DNA of 64,000 nucleotides, from the NCBI RefSeq assembly GCF_009914755.1, contig NC_060925.1. The stretch is one strand, 5' to 3'. Below, in pieces: positions 1 through 12,809 of this stretch. The position numbers and the translations under genes were made by a program. Below the pieces are notes generated by a model, which was not told where the DNA came from, did no database searches, and saw only the letters and a list, made by a program, of their open reading frames with translations. This DNA comes from the human T2T-CHM13v2.0 reference genome, Homo sapiens. Each line of letters starts with the position of its first letter. Position 1 is the stretch's first letter.

Positions 1-88
1 TTGTACTTTAGGGAATTAAATCATTTTATAATGTATAAATCTGAGCATGGCCGATGGCAGAAGAAATTTTGTCATACGTTTTTAAAGA

Positions 89-94
89 AATAAA
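89..94 (+). terminator. Candidate polyadenylation signal (AATAAA), possibly the 3' end of an upstream transcript
   Basis: AATAAA followed ~25-40 nt later by a T-rich tract (ttcctttaactgttttttctt). The motif is common in AT-rich DNA. Confidence 0.25.
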
Positions 95-694
95 AATGTA
101 TTATGTTTTAAAATTCCTTTAACTGTTTTTCTTACAAAACTCCCAACAACTTAGTTACCAAGTAAACTATCTCAGATATGATTTTTCAGTCCTTGCTAAT
201 CTATTTATAAAATCTTTTGCTATTTTATAATCTTATTATTTGTGTCTGTCCTTAAGTGTTCATTTGTTTTTATGTCTGTGTATGTCATGTTTATTTGAGC
301 TGTTTAATGTAAAGTAAAACAAGAACTCCCTGCATCTTATAGCATAAAAAGCAATGTTTTTCATATTCTTACCCTAATAGAAACCCTCATTCACAGAGTG
401 ATGGCTAATGCTCTACCTTTCTGCAATTCCTAGTCAGAGAACTGTCCAAGTCTCACATGACCTGCATCTTGAAGAAGAAACCTATCACGAGTTAGTTCTT
501 AGCTATACAGGTTAACAAACTCAAATGACCCACTAACTAAATCTTGATTCTTAACAAAAACACTATGGTCTATCATCATAACAATGTCAATTTCTCACAT
601 TATCATTTTGAATCAACAATATGCCATCATATCAAAGAGAACTTATCATATTAGCATATTGAATATAAAATTACAGTGCAGCTAGTTCCAAGAC

Positions 695-790
695 CTGAAT
701 GAGTGTGGTATATAAAAAGAGCAGTGGATTAGAAATAAGGCAATCTGACGTGCTTATCTCAGTTCTGCTGATACTTGCTATGTGTATTTA
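695..790 (+). mobile_element. MIR SINE fragment
   Basis: gtgtggtatataaaaagagcagtggattagaa...ctcagttctgctgatacttgctatgtgt resembles the MIR 5' region/core. Confidence 0.55.
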
Positions 791-829
791 AGGCTAATTA
801 TTTAAATGGGCTTTATTTAAAAAGGGAAA

Positions 830-1030
830 AGAAGTAGAGGCATGCCCATTCCTTTTAAGAATATGACCCGGAATTTCCGTGTATCATCTCTGCTCATGTA
901 CCTTTGGCCAGAGCTTAATCAGTTTGTCCCAGGTAGTAGGAAAGGAGGCTGGAATATGTGGCCTTTAGCTGAAACTTCGAGGATTCTAAAGGAATTGGAC
1001 TATTGAAAGACAAGTAATAGTCTTTGCCAT
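830..1030 (-). mobile_element. Old MaLR LTR fragment (MLT1J/K-like)
   Basis: tctgctcatgtacctttggccagagcttaatc...aaggaggctggaatatgtggcctttagctg matches the MLT1J/K antisense pattern. Confidence 0.5.
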
Positions 1031-1243
1031 TGCTCTCTTATCAGGAAAGCAAATGTTCTTTCAGACCCTCCTCCCCTGCCCCACTGAGTGATTCCATCAG
1101 ATGAATCACCATCTATGGCAGATAGACCCTTATGAAATCTGTATGCAGCAGATTTCTACTTAGGCCATAATTGAGCATATAGTTACTCCTAGATTTAAAA
1201 AAGCTGGGGAAGCAGGAAACAGGATTGACATGATTGGCTTTGA

Positions 1244-1750
1244 CCAAAGTTTCACAGACTTTCTTGGTGCACAGCTCCCTTGGGTTCTTAATTTTTTTCG
1301 TGGTACCAAAAGAAATACATAAAAGTTTCATATACAATTCAATAAGCATTTGAACTATGACACATAAATTGAAAGAGAAGTAATACCTTGTTCATTCTTA
1401 GATAACCACAGTTACTACTGGGCTATATATACCTGTTGGGCACTCTACAACTTCTCAAACCTTGGACTCAGATTGGATGGTGCCACCCTATGTCTTGCCA
1501 GACAGTGCTTGCTTTTCATCACAGCAACCACTGAAAACCCAGCTTTGCAATGACATCAATGACATAATATTCTAAAGAAATGTAGCATGGTCTAATGTGG
1601 AAACTGTGAATCACCCCAAGCTAATAGTGGGCATGCTATCTGCCAGAAGTTAAGTCCCTATTTCCCTTGAAAATTTGAATATATTATAGCTCCCCCAGTG
1701 AGTTTACTTTAGCACCCTTGAGGGCTGGGCACACAGTTTGGGAACCATGG
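1244..1750. mobile_element. MER119 (hAT-Charlie non-autonomous DNA transposon)
   Basis: Diagnostic blocks caaaagaaatac, cacataaattgaaag, acttctcaaaccttggactcagattgga, tcacagcaaccactgaaaacccagct, terminal cacagtttgggaacc. Confidence 0.75.
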
Positions 1751-1902
1751 GCTTAGACTAATCATCGTTTATTTTCTGGGCTGGACATATTGCTCCCTAG
1801 ACAAGAATTAGTTTTTTAGAGGGGAAGAAAGAAGAATGGAAAATATTTAGGAAACCGACTATTTCTGCCTCCTTCTATTCCAGCTAAACTACATGATCTT
1901 TA

Positions 1903-2293
<391 letters not shown>

Positions 2294-3659
2294 TTAAGAA
2301 ATGAAGTTTATATGATCAATGAAATATGATTAATAACATTAACCAACCATAAAATGCCAGATTATAGGAAATTTGTTGCCTATACAACAGGCTTCTGTGT
2401 AAATTCAAGGGCCTGGACTATGCCTTCCTAATTTCTTACCACCAGTGCCCAATAATTGTTTGGTATATTGTAGGTGAGAGAAAAATGTTGTTCAGATGAA
2501 TTGGTGAATGTCTCAGTGAGAGCTAGTTCTGTTCCCAAACACCATTACAAAGGAGTTGCATTACACTGCTAATGAAAATGCTTATTAGTGGACTCTTAAT
2601 GTAAATGCTCATGTTGACTGCCAAGAAAGAAAAATAACCACTTTATCTTATCACTATGGATCTAGGGCTTTTTTTGTTACCACAGTCACCACTAGAAAAA
2701 CTGACAAAAAGAGAAAAGCAGAACTATTCTGAGATATAAGATGAACTTTTCTTAGAATGGTTTATATTGTCAGCAGCTAAACTGTTTCAGTATTCAGGAT
2801 TATTACATAAAGCCGGGAAAGTGACTATTTTCAAAAGAGCTACCAAACTTTATGACAGTCATTTGAGCAAAATGTATCTTTCTCCTTTTTCTTGTTCCAT
2901 AGCCTAAATAGGCTTTTCTCTGTTTTGATGGTTTTGCCATTCAAGCTCATTCTGTTTTCTTGGGAAGCTATGCAAGCTCTTTGGTTTCTGTGATTGTAAA
3001 GTGTATGGCTCTGTGACAACTCCATGGAAGAATGTGTATGTGCAAGCGCTTTAGATTTGTCTAGATCTAAAAATTTTCTATGGTTATTTGAGTTTTTTCA
3101 GTAATATATTTAGAAAATTATTTATGTCTCTGTCTGTATTACTAAATCAAAAGTATTTTGAAGGCAGGGACTATGTCCTTTTCATTTTTGAATCCCCAGA
3201 GCATTGCATCTGAACCCCCAAGACCTGGTACATAGTAGGTACCCAATTCATATTTGTCGAGTTAATAAACTCTTTCTTAGCAAAATTTTCCCAATAGCAC
3301 AGTACAGAGTTTGTTCATGATAAATACTGAATGTATTTTTATTTTGTGAGAGCCTAAATCATTTTTAATTCTTTCAATGTTTCTGAAAACTAACAGATAG
3401 GATGTATTCTCTCTCTTTTCTATATGGAAAAATATAATTATCCTTAATGATGGATACCAAATCTTGAATTTGTACTATACAAGAAATAATTTATTGACAA
3501 AATATCTTAAAACATTCTTTGTTTTTTTGAAGAATATTAGATTTCTTTGTTAATGTATTTCTTTTTTACCAGTTTAATAAAAGCTTTTGCTGGGCATTTC
3601 TAGATGTTCAGGGGCCAGACTGATGTTGCAGTTGTATGTTCCTAGATTTTATTTCAAAA

Positions 3660-3975
3660 CTACATTTTTATTTATTTTTTGAGCATGAAAGTAATATATG
3701 CTCAGTGTAAACAATTAGGTCATTATAAATATATTTAACAGGAATACCAGAGATAACTTCTGTTAATAATTCAATGTATTACTACAATTTTTTCTATGAA
3801 TTTAATATAATAATATTGTTGGAAATTTTGATGTAATTATTTAAGTGAAATTGAATCATACTGCACATACTATTTTGCAGTTTTTTAATAGTGTATTTAA
3901 ACTTTTAAGTGCAAAAGATTTTCAAGACTAGCAAATATAAATCTACCTTATTCTGTTTAATTGCTGGAGCCTACT
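3660..3975 (-). mobile_element. Ancient L1ME-like 3' UTR fragment
   Basis: aaagtaatatatgctcagtgtaa...gaatcatactgcacatactattttgcag...atctaccttattctgtttaattgctg is typical of L1ME antisense. Confidence 0.5.
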
Positions 3976-4387
3976 TTTAGATGTTTACAGTACCCTATAC
4001 TCCTACTTTAAGTTACTTACAAATTTAAATTTGTAATTAAGTTATTTATATAATTGTAGGTTTCATATCTGTATCCCTAAATAGATTATAAATTCCATGC
4101 CTAACCCATGCTGCATGAAACAGATACATATAATGGCAATAGGTGCTATGAATGAATGAACTAGTAAATGGTGGTATTCATCCCAGAACTTTCTTTACAA
4201 AGCCTGTGCTCTTTCCACAATGCCACGCTTCCTCCTCTTAGTGGTTCCTTTATATATTATGGGAATGTTCATAATATCATTATTAATGGTTACATTATTT
4301 TGAGTTTTATTACGTATGTTTAGGTCAATTGTGAAGACAGAACTAAGCAATTTAGAAATTCAGAAATATAGGAATAATAATTATATA

Positions 4388-6738
4388 CAGACATACCTTG
4401 AAGATATTGTGGATTTGGTTCCAGACAAGTGCAATAAAGTGAATATTGCCATAAAGCAAGTCACACATATTTCTTGGTTTCTCAGTACATACAAAAGTTA
4501 TGTTTACACTATACTATAGCCTATTACATGTGCAATAGCATTGTCTAAAAAAGCACGTAACTTAATTAAAAATACTTTATTGCTAAAAATTGCTAACGGT
4601 CATCTGAGCCTTCAGTGAGTGAATCTTTTTGCTGATGGGGGTCTTGTCTTCATACTGATGGTTGCTGACTGATCAGAGTGGTCAAGACTGGGGTGGCTGC
4701 GGCAATTTCTTAAAATAAGACAATGAAGTTTACCGTATCAGTTGACTTCTTTCACAAAAGATTTCTCTGTAGTATGCAGTGTTTTTTTGATACCATTTTA
4801 CCCACAGTAGAACTTCTTTCAAAATTTGAGTCAGTTCTCTCAAATCTTGTCACTGCTTTTTGAACTAAGTTTATATAATATTCCAAATCCTTTGTCATTT
4901 CAACAATGTTCACAGCATCTTCACCAGGATTAGATTTCATCTCAAGAAATGACTTTCTTTGCCCATTCATAAGAAGCAACTGCTCATCCAAGTTTTATAA
5001 TGAGATTGCAACAATTCAGTCCCATATTCAGGCTTCACTTCATATTCTTATTCTCTTGCTATTTCTACCATATCTATAGTTACTTCCTCCACTGAAGCCT
5101 TGAACCCCTCAAAGTCATTCATGAGGGTTGGAATCAACCTCTTCCAAACACATATCAATGTGGATATTCTGACCTCCTCCCATGAATCACGAATGATCTT
5201 AATGGCACCTAGAATGGTGAGTCCTTTCCAGAAGGTTTTCAATTTACTTTGCCCAGATCCATCAGATGAATCACTATCTATGGCAGCTATAGCCTTACGA
5301 AATGTATTTCTTAAATAATAAGACTCAAAAGTCAAAATTACTTCTTGATCCACAGGATGCAGAATGGATGTTGTGTTAGCAGACATGAAAACAACACTAA
5401 CTTCCTTGTACATCTCCATCAGAGCTCCTGGGTTAGTAGGAGCATTATCAATGAGCAGTCATATTTTAAAAGGAATCTTTTTTTCTGACCAGCAGTTCTC
5501 AACAGTGGGCTAAAAATATTCAGTAAACCATGCTATAGACAGATGTGCTGTCATGCAGGCTTTGTTGTTTTATTTATAGAGCACAGGCAGAGTAGACTTC
5601 GCATAATTCTTAAGGGCCCTAGGGTTTTCACAATGGTAAATTAGCGTTGCCTTCAACTTAGGTCACCAGCTCCATTTGCCTCTCACGAGAGTCAGCCCTC
5701 TTTTAAAGGTTTGAAGCCAGCCATTGACTTCTTCTCTCTAGCTATGAAAGTCCTAGATGGCATCTTCTTCCAATATAAGATTGTTTTATCTGTGCTGAAA
5801 ATTTGTTGTTTAGTGTAGCCACCTTCATTTATAGTCTTACCTAGATCTTCTGGATAACTTGCTGCAGCTTCTACATCAGTACTTGCTGCTTCACCTTGAG
5901 CTTTTATGTTATGAAGACAGTTTCTTGATCTCATGAACCAAGCTCTGCTAGCTGCAAGCTCTTCTACTGCTTCCTCACCTCTCTCAGCCTTCATGGAATA
6001 GAATTGAGTTATGAACTTGCTCTGGATTAGGTTTTGGCCTAAAAGAATGTTGTGGCTGGTTTGATCTTCTATCCAGTCCAATAAAACTTTCTTCATATCA
6101 GCAATAAGGCTATTTTGCTATCTTATCATTCATGCATTCACTGGAGTAGCACTTTTAATTTCCTTTAATAACTTTTTGCATTCACAATTTAGCTGTTTGG
6201 CTCAAGGGGCCTGGCTTTTGACTATTTTGGCTTTTGACATGAATATCTCACTAGATTAATTATTTCTTGCTTTTAATTTAAAGTAAGAGACAAGAGATGT
6301 GACTCTTCCTTTCATTTGAACACCCAGAGGCCATTGTAGGGTTATTAGTTGGCCTAGTTTCAAAATTGCTGTGTCTCAGGGAAAAGGGAGGTCCAAAGAC
6401 AGGGTGAGAGACAGGGAAACAGTCGTTTCGGTCAGTCAGTCGGAGCACACACATTTATGGGTTAAGTTCACTGTAGTATATAGGCACGATTCATGGTGCC
6501 CCCAGACTAATTACAATAGTAACATGAAAGATCACTGATCACATAGCATCATAACAGATATAATAATAAAAAATTAGAAATATTGCAAACTTTACCAAAA
6601 TATGTTTCAGAGATAAGAAGTAAGCACGTGCTGTTGGAAAAATGATGCCAATGAACTTGCTTAACACAGGATTGCCAAAAACCTTCAATTTATAAAAATC
6701 ACAGTATCTCTGAAACACAATAAAATGAAGTATGCCTG
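4388..6738 (-). mobile_element. Tigger1 DNA transposon, near full length (2351 bp), decayed transposase
   Basis: Terminal inverted repeats cagacatacct... / ...aagtatgcctg flanked by TA at 4386-4387 and 6739-6740. Minus-strand ORFs 5692-6096, 5048-5419 and 4752-4991 encode pogo/Tigger transposase pieces ([38 protein letters not shown]). Confidence 0.95.
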
Positions 6739-7004
6739 TAATGACAAAAATAACAGAGGTTTTAAAATTTTTAAGTTGTTAGATCTTATCAATTTTGTCA
6801 AGGTTTACATGACACAGGCTAAGGATTTTATTTTTTAATCTAATGCTTAATTTCTTGATTTTATAGCAGGAAAAAAGTAATATCTCATGAATTTTTTGTT
6901 ATAGCACAGTGCACAATTTATACCAAATATTTTTATTTTCAAATATGACTTTAAAATCTTGTAGAAGTCTATCTTTCTCTTCCAGATAGTGGTACATTTT
7001 AAAG

Positions 7005-7265
7005 CCTTTTTAAAGACTTTATTCTTATGGAACAGTTTTAGATTTATAGCGAAAGTGAGCAGAAGGTACAGATATTTTCCATATACGCTCTGCCTCTCCG
7101 AATACATGGCTTTCCCCATTATCAACATCCCTCATCAGAGTGTTAGATTTACTACAACTGATGAATTGACATTGACACATGGTAGTCACCCAAAGTCTAT
7201 AGTTTAATGTTCACACTTCGCATCATACCCGCTATGAGTTTGGACAAATTTATAATGATGCATAT
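7005..7265 (-). mobile_element. L1MC (L1MC1-like) 3' UTR end
   Basis: aagactttatt...gagcagaaggtacagatatttcc...tttggacaaat; same family as the copy at 32115-32975. Confidence 0.8.
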
Positions 7266-7617
7266 GTGAAGGAAAATTTTGCAAGACATAGAATTCTTGG
7301 TTGGTGGTTTTTTCTCTACCACCTTAACTATTTCACTCCACTCTCTTCTTGCTGCGTGGTTTCTGAGGAGAAGTCAAATGTAATTTTTATCTCTACTGCT
7401 CTATATGTAACATATTTTCTCCCCCTCCCCCCCACCGGCTTCTTTCAGTAATTTTTTCTTTATCTTTGACTTTCTGTAATTTGAAAATGATATGTGTATG
7501 TGTAGCTATTCTAGCATTTATCCTGCTTGACGTTCTCTGAGCTTTCTGGATCTGAACTTTGGTGTCTGGCATTCATTTTGAGACATTTTCGGTCATTACC
7601 ATTTTGAATATTTGTTC

Positions 7618-10008
7618 TGTCTGAGTTTTAGTCCATTCAAGCTGGTCTAACAGAACACCATAGACTAGTTGGCCTATATATAAAACAAACATTTTTCTCC
7701 CGTAGTTCTGATGGCTGGGAAGCCTAAGATCAAGAAGTTAGCAGATTTGGAGTCTGGTGAGGGCTTGCTTCTTGGTTCGTATTTGGCTGTCTCTTGACTG
7801 TGCTCTCACATGGCAAAAGGAGTGAGGGAGTTCTCTGGGGTCTTTTTCATAAAGGACTAATCTGATTCATGAGGGCTCCACCCTCATGATGTAATTACCT
7901 CCCCAAACCTCCAACTCCAAATACCACCACACTAGGGATTCAGTTTCAACATAAAAATTTTGGGGGGACACAAACATGCAATTTATAGCATTCTATCCCT
8001 GGTCCCTTAAAGTTTACGTTTTTCTCATATGCAAAATGTCCCCATTCCATCCCGATAGCCCTAAAGTTTTAACTCATTCCAGCATTAACTTTAAGTCAAT
8101 GCTGGAATTTAAGTCATTTAAATAGGTCAAGTATTGGTGACACTTGAGGTATAATTTATCTTGAGGTAAATTGCTCTCCAGCTATGAAGAACCTGTGAAA
8201 TCAAACATGTCCTGTGCATTATATACAATGTTGAGACAGGCATAGGATGGACATTGTCATTCTAAAAGGGACAAATAGAAAAGAAAAAAGAAGTGACAGG
8301 TCTAAGGTAAATGTAAAACCTAATGGGGCAGGCAACATGAAACATTAAAGCTTGAGAATAATCCTTTATGGCTCAATGCTTTGCCTTCCAGACCTACTAT
8401 TTTTGTGGTCCCAAATCCACATCTCTCATGGGTGAGAGTTGTATGTTTGTGACTCTTGTAGGCAGCAATTCTGGCTCAATGGGGTTCCAGGCTTGCACCT
8501 TCCCCAGGCTGGAATCATACACTGGTGGCTCTGCTGGTCTGATGTCACGGAGGCAGCCTCACCCCCTTGTCTCCACTGGGCATTGCCCTAGTGGGAACCT
8601 TTTGCCACGGCCCTACCCATGCTGCTGCTCTCTTCCTGGGCCTCTTGGCTATCCTGGTTGGAGTCCTGTGCCCATGGCTCTGCTGAGAAGTCCTGCCTTT
8701 GAAATATAGGTGGAGGTAGCAAGGCCCCCCTGGCTTTGCTGGGTGCACCCCTTTTCACAGGTCTCTGTGTGGGCCCCACCCCTGAGCCACTGGACAGGGG
8801 TATCCTGGCCCATCTGGACTGGAAACGTGGCCCCACCCTTTTGAAACTATTCTGACCTAGACCCTTGCACTCTGGGTCTGTGATGGGAGGTAAAGTCCTG
8901 ATAACATCTGAACTGTTATTATTCCATCATCTTAGGGAATAGCTTCTGGCTTCTATTGAGATGGCTGATCAATACTAACATCCTTTTCAAATAGTTGCCG
9001 GGCTACACCCTTAGTGTTTTCTTCTGACCATGATTTCTCTGTTTTTACGGTAGGGATATGCTGAGAATTTTCCAAATCTTTGAGTTCTGCTTCCTTTTCA
9101 CTTAATAATTCTGTCTTTAAGTCAGTCATTTCTTTATTTCTTAAATTTTACTAAGAGCACTAAAGAGAAGCCAAGCTGCACCTTTAAGACTTTGCTTAGA
9201 AATTTTCTCAGCTGAATATATCCAATTTTATTGGTCACAAGTTCTACTTTCCACAAAACACTAGAACACAAACACAATTCAGCCAACTTTTTTTTAACCA
9301 CTTTCTAACAAGGTTAGTCTCTCCTCCAGTTTCCAAAAGCATCTTCCTCATTTCCTTCTGACACCTTATCAGAATGACCTTCACAGTCTGTATTCCTACC
9401 AATATTCTGTTCAGAATTTCTTAAGCATGCTCTAAGAAGATTGAGGCTTTCTCTACCACTCTCTCTTTTTTTTTTTTTTCCAGGACCTTACAAGAATCAC
9501 CTTTAAAGTTCTGTTCTCAGCAATGTAGGCTTTTTCTAGCATGCATTCCAAGCTTTTCCAGCCTCAACCCATTCCCCAGTTCAAAAGTTGCTTCCATGTT
9601 TTTAGGTATTAATTACAGCAGCACCCCACTTCCAGGTACCAATTTATGTCTTAGTTCATTCAGGTTGCTAGAAAAGAGTACCATAGCCTGGGCGGCTTTT
9701 AAATGACATTTGTTTCTCACAGTTCTGGAGTCTAAAATATCCATAATGAAGGCATGGGTAGATCTGGTATCTGAGGAGGGACCACTTCCTGGTTCATTAA
9801 CAACCTTCTGTTTGCTGCGTCCTCACATGAAGGAAGGGGCAAGAGAGCTACCTGGGATCTCCTTTGTAAGGACACTAATACCATTAATGAGGGCTTTATC
9901 CTTATGACCTAATCACCTCCCCAAAGCTCCACCTCCATATACCATCACATTGGCAATTAACTTTCAACATATGAATTTGGGGGAGATATAAACATTCAGT
10001 ATATAGTA
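7618..10008 (-). mobile_element. MaLR provirus, LTR-internal-LTR (MLT1A-like)
   Basis: Two homologous ~360-bp LTRs (~7620-7990 and 9647-10008) bracket a MaLR internal region. Polypurine-tract complement ttctatccctgg follows the left LTR; ggtaccaattt precedes the right LTR. Confidence 0.85.
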
Positions 10009-10370
10009 GTTTGTCTCTTCTTTCTTCTTCTTCTTGTATTTTTTATTATACATATCTTCTATCTTTGTAATTGTTCCACAGCTCTTAGATATTTTGTTCT
10101 GCTTTAATTTTTTTCAGTCTGTTTTCTTCTCTTTCCAGTTTTGGAAGTTTCTCTTGATATATATCCTCAAGTCCAGAGATTCTTGCCTCAGCCATGTCCA
10201 ATCTACTAATAAACTTATCAAAGGTATTCTTAATTTCTCTTAAAGTATTTTTTATCTATAGCATTTCTTTTTGGCTATTTCTTTGAATTTCCGTCTCTCT
10301 GTTTACATTGCCCATCTGCTCTTGCATGTGTCATTTATCCCTTAGAGCCCTTAGCATCTTAATCACAGTT

Positions 10371-10553
10371 TTTTTTCTTCTTTTCTTTATACTTTAAGTT
10401 CTGGGATACATGTGCAGAACGTGCAGGTTTGTTACATAGGTATACACGTGCCATGGTGGTTTGCTGCACCCATCAACCCGTCATCTACGTTACGTATTTC
10501 TCCTAATGCTATCCTTCCCCTAGCCTCCAACTCCCCAAACAGGCCTTGGTGTG
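10371..10553 (-). mobile_element. L1PA (L1PA7-like) 5'-truncated 3' end
   Basis: T-tail plus tatactttaagttctgggatacatgtgcagaacgtgcagg; perfect 10-bp TSD aatcacagtt (10361-10370 / 10554-10563). Confidence 0.9.
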
Positions 10554-10694
10554 AATCACAGTTGTTTTAAATTATTTGTCTGATAATTCTAACATCCCTG
10601 CCATGTCTGGCTCTTTACTTGTTAGAACAGAGTGGCAGCATCCAAGCTCTGATGCTTGCTTTCTCTTCAAACTTTGCTTTTGCCTTTTAGTATA

Positions 10695-11476
10695 TGCTAT
10701 GGTTTGAATATGTTTCCCAAGGTTCATGTGTTGGAAACTTAATCATTGCTGTGACTTAGATATGGTTTGTTTGTCCCCACCAAAACTTATGTTGAAATTT
10801 GACCCCGAGTGTGATAATACTGGGAAGTAGGGCTTAGCGGGAGGTAGTTGGGTTATGGAGATGGATTTCTCACAAACGATATGGTGCTGTTCTCATGGGA
10901 ATGGATTTAGTTCCTGAGAGAGTGGGTTGTTATAAAGCCAGGACGACCCTCAGGTTTCCTTCTTTTTGTACACGTTCATTTCCCCTTTGACCTTCTCTGC
11001 CATGTTGTGATACAGCATGAAAGTCCTCACCAGAGTCACGGCCAAGCCCTTAAACTTCTCAGCCTACAGAACCATGAGCTAAATCAACGTCTTTTCCTTT
11101 TAAAGCACCCAGTCTCAGGTATTCCTTCATGGCAACACAAAACAAAGACAATCCCCACTGCAACAGTGTTGAGATTTCAGATTTTTAAGAAGTGATTAGT
11201 TCATGAGGGCTCTCCCCTCATGAATGACTTAATGCTGTTATCGCAGGAGTGGGTTTCTGATAAAAGGATGAGGTTGGCCCCCTTCCCACTCCTGCATGCT
11301 TTTTTGCATTTCTGCCATTCTTCCATGGGCTGACACAGCAAGAAGTCCTTTGTTAGATTTGCCCATCAACCTTGGACTGCCCGGCCCCTAAAACCACAAG
11401 CTGAATAAATACCTATTCATTGTAAATTACCTAGTCTCAGGTATTCTGTTATGGCAATACAAAATGGGCTGAAACA
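10695..11476 (+). mobile_element. MSTD-like solo LTR with a second MST-family LTR (~10749-11150) nested inside
   Basis: Outer LTR tgctatggtttgaat...gggctgaaaca with TSD gtata/gtatg. Inner LTR gatatggtttgtttgtccccaccaaaa...caaaacaaagaca; the outer sequence resumes at atccccactgcaacagtgttgaga. Confidence 0.85.
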
Positions 11477-12559
11477 GTATGCCTTGTAATTTTTTCTTGA
11501 TAGCTGAACATGGTGTACTGGGTGAAAGGAAGTGCTGTAAATAGGCCTTTACTAATATGGTGATAAGGTGTTGGAAGAGGGGAAACTTTCTATAGTCCTA
11601 TGATTAGGTCTCCATCTTTTAGCAAGCCTATTCCTCTGGACTCTGAACATCACAATTGTTTCTTAGGCCTTCCCTTTCTAAGTGGAATAGGACAGCTAGA
11701 ATAGGCTGGAGTTGTTTATTTCAATTCCCTTAGGTGAGTTAGGCTCTGATAAAACCCCAGCAGGTTAGGCTTTGGTTAAACAGTTTCTCCTAAGAGCAGA
11801 CCTTGTTAAGAACAGAGCGCTCTGGCATATATCAAAATGATTTTTCTTTCCTTCCTACTGCCAGAAGCACAATGTATTTTTCTTCAATAGTTAGTCTGAT
11901 AATCTGGTCATGCTGCTGATGGTAAAACTTACAAAAGCATGGTGGCCCCCTTGTGACTAGGTCTTCCAGAGTTTTTATCTCTCAGACTTGTGTACACATA
12001 GCCTCCAGCAATTCACCAATTACAGTTTAGGTTTTCCTACCCCAGCAGTGGCTCCCATGGAGGTTTCTGCTCCAGTATATTGTGATTCTCTATATCTGCC
12101 TGTCCATCTTGCTAATTTTGGGGGCAACGGTTTGCCCTGTGACCTCACTTCTCTTATGGACTCAAGAAGAGTTGTTGATTTTTCAGTTAGCTCAGCTTTT
12201 ACTTGTTAGAACAGAGTGGCAAATTCCCAGCTCCTTACATGTGAAATTGGAAACTGGAAGTCTTGGAGCTTACTTTTTCAAAATTAAAAACACAGTGATA
12301 AACAGTCACAAAGCAGCTTCATTTAACTTTTCCAAAATATTTCTCAGGCCATTCTCTTTCAGACATTCAAAAAGAAAAAGTTTCTAACTTTAAAATAATT
12401 AAATGACAAATGGTAAAACCTGCTAGTTATCTCCCAGTGGCTGTTCCCATGGTGGTAGGGCCTCAGATGTGTGGCCATTTGCAACGGACACGGCATTTCT
12501 AGCTTGCAGCCAGGCACAGAAAATAGCAGGAGAGCGAGGTATGTTCCTCTCCTCTCTTG

Positions 12560-12809
12560 TCTTCTGACCCTTTCCCTGTTCTGCTCCTCTGGAATGTAAT
12601 GCTGCCATGTTGAGACTGTGAGGTTGAAGCCTTCAGGAAAGAATACCAAGATGAATGGAGTCTGAGTTCCTGACAACATGGAGCATCATGCCAGCCATGA
12701 ACCACTTCCGAGACATCCCTATGAGAAAAAATAAACTTCCATGTTCTTTAATTTATCATTTTGGAGGGTTTTCTGTTATTTGCTGCAAAACCTAATCTTA
12801 ACTAATACA
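12560..12809 (+). mobile_element. MLT1J/K-like LTR 3' part
   Basis: gagtctgagttcctgacaacatggagc...aaataaacttcc...ttttctgttatttgctgcaaaacctaatcttaactaataca. Confidence 0.65.

Larger units (their letters stand above)
7266..12263 (-). mobile_element. L1MC 5' UTR/ORF1 region, interrupted by nested insertions
   Basis: L1MC 5'-end antisense sequence at 7266-7617, ~10010-10370, 10554-10694 and 11477-12263, ending in the 5' terminal motif ggaaactggaagtc. Confidence 0.7.

Noticed and set aside
4752-6096. Transposase-like ORFs as a TIGD-type gene
   Set aside because: Split by stops and frameshifts inside an ordinary Tigger1 copy
8368-8836. Overlapping ORFs in a GC-richer stretch
   Set aside because: Lie in the MaLR internal region; no recognisable protein
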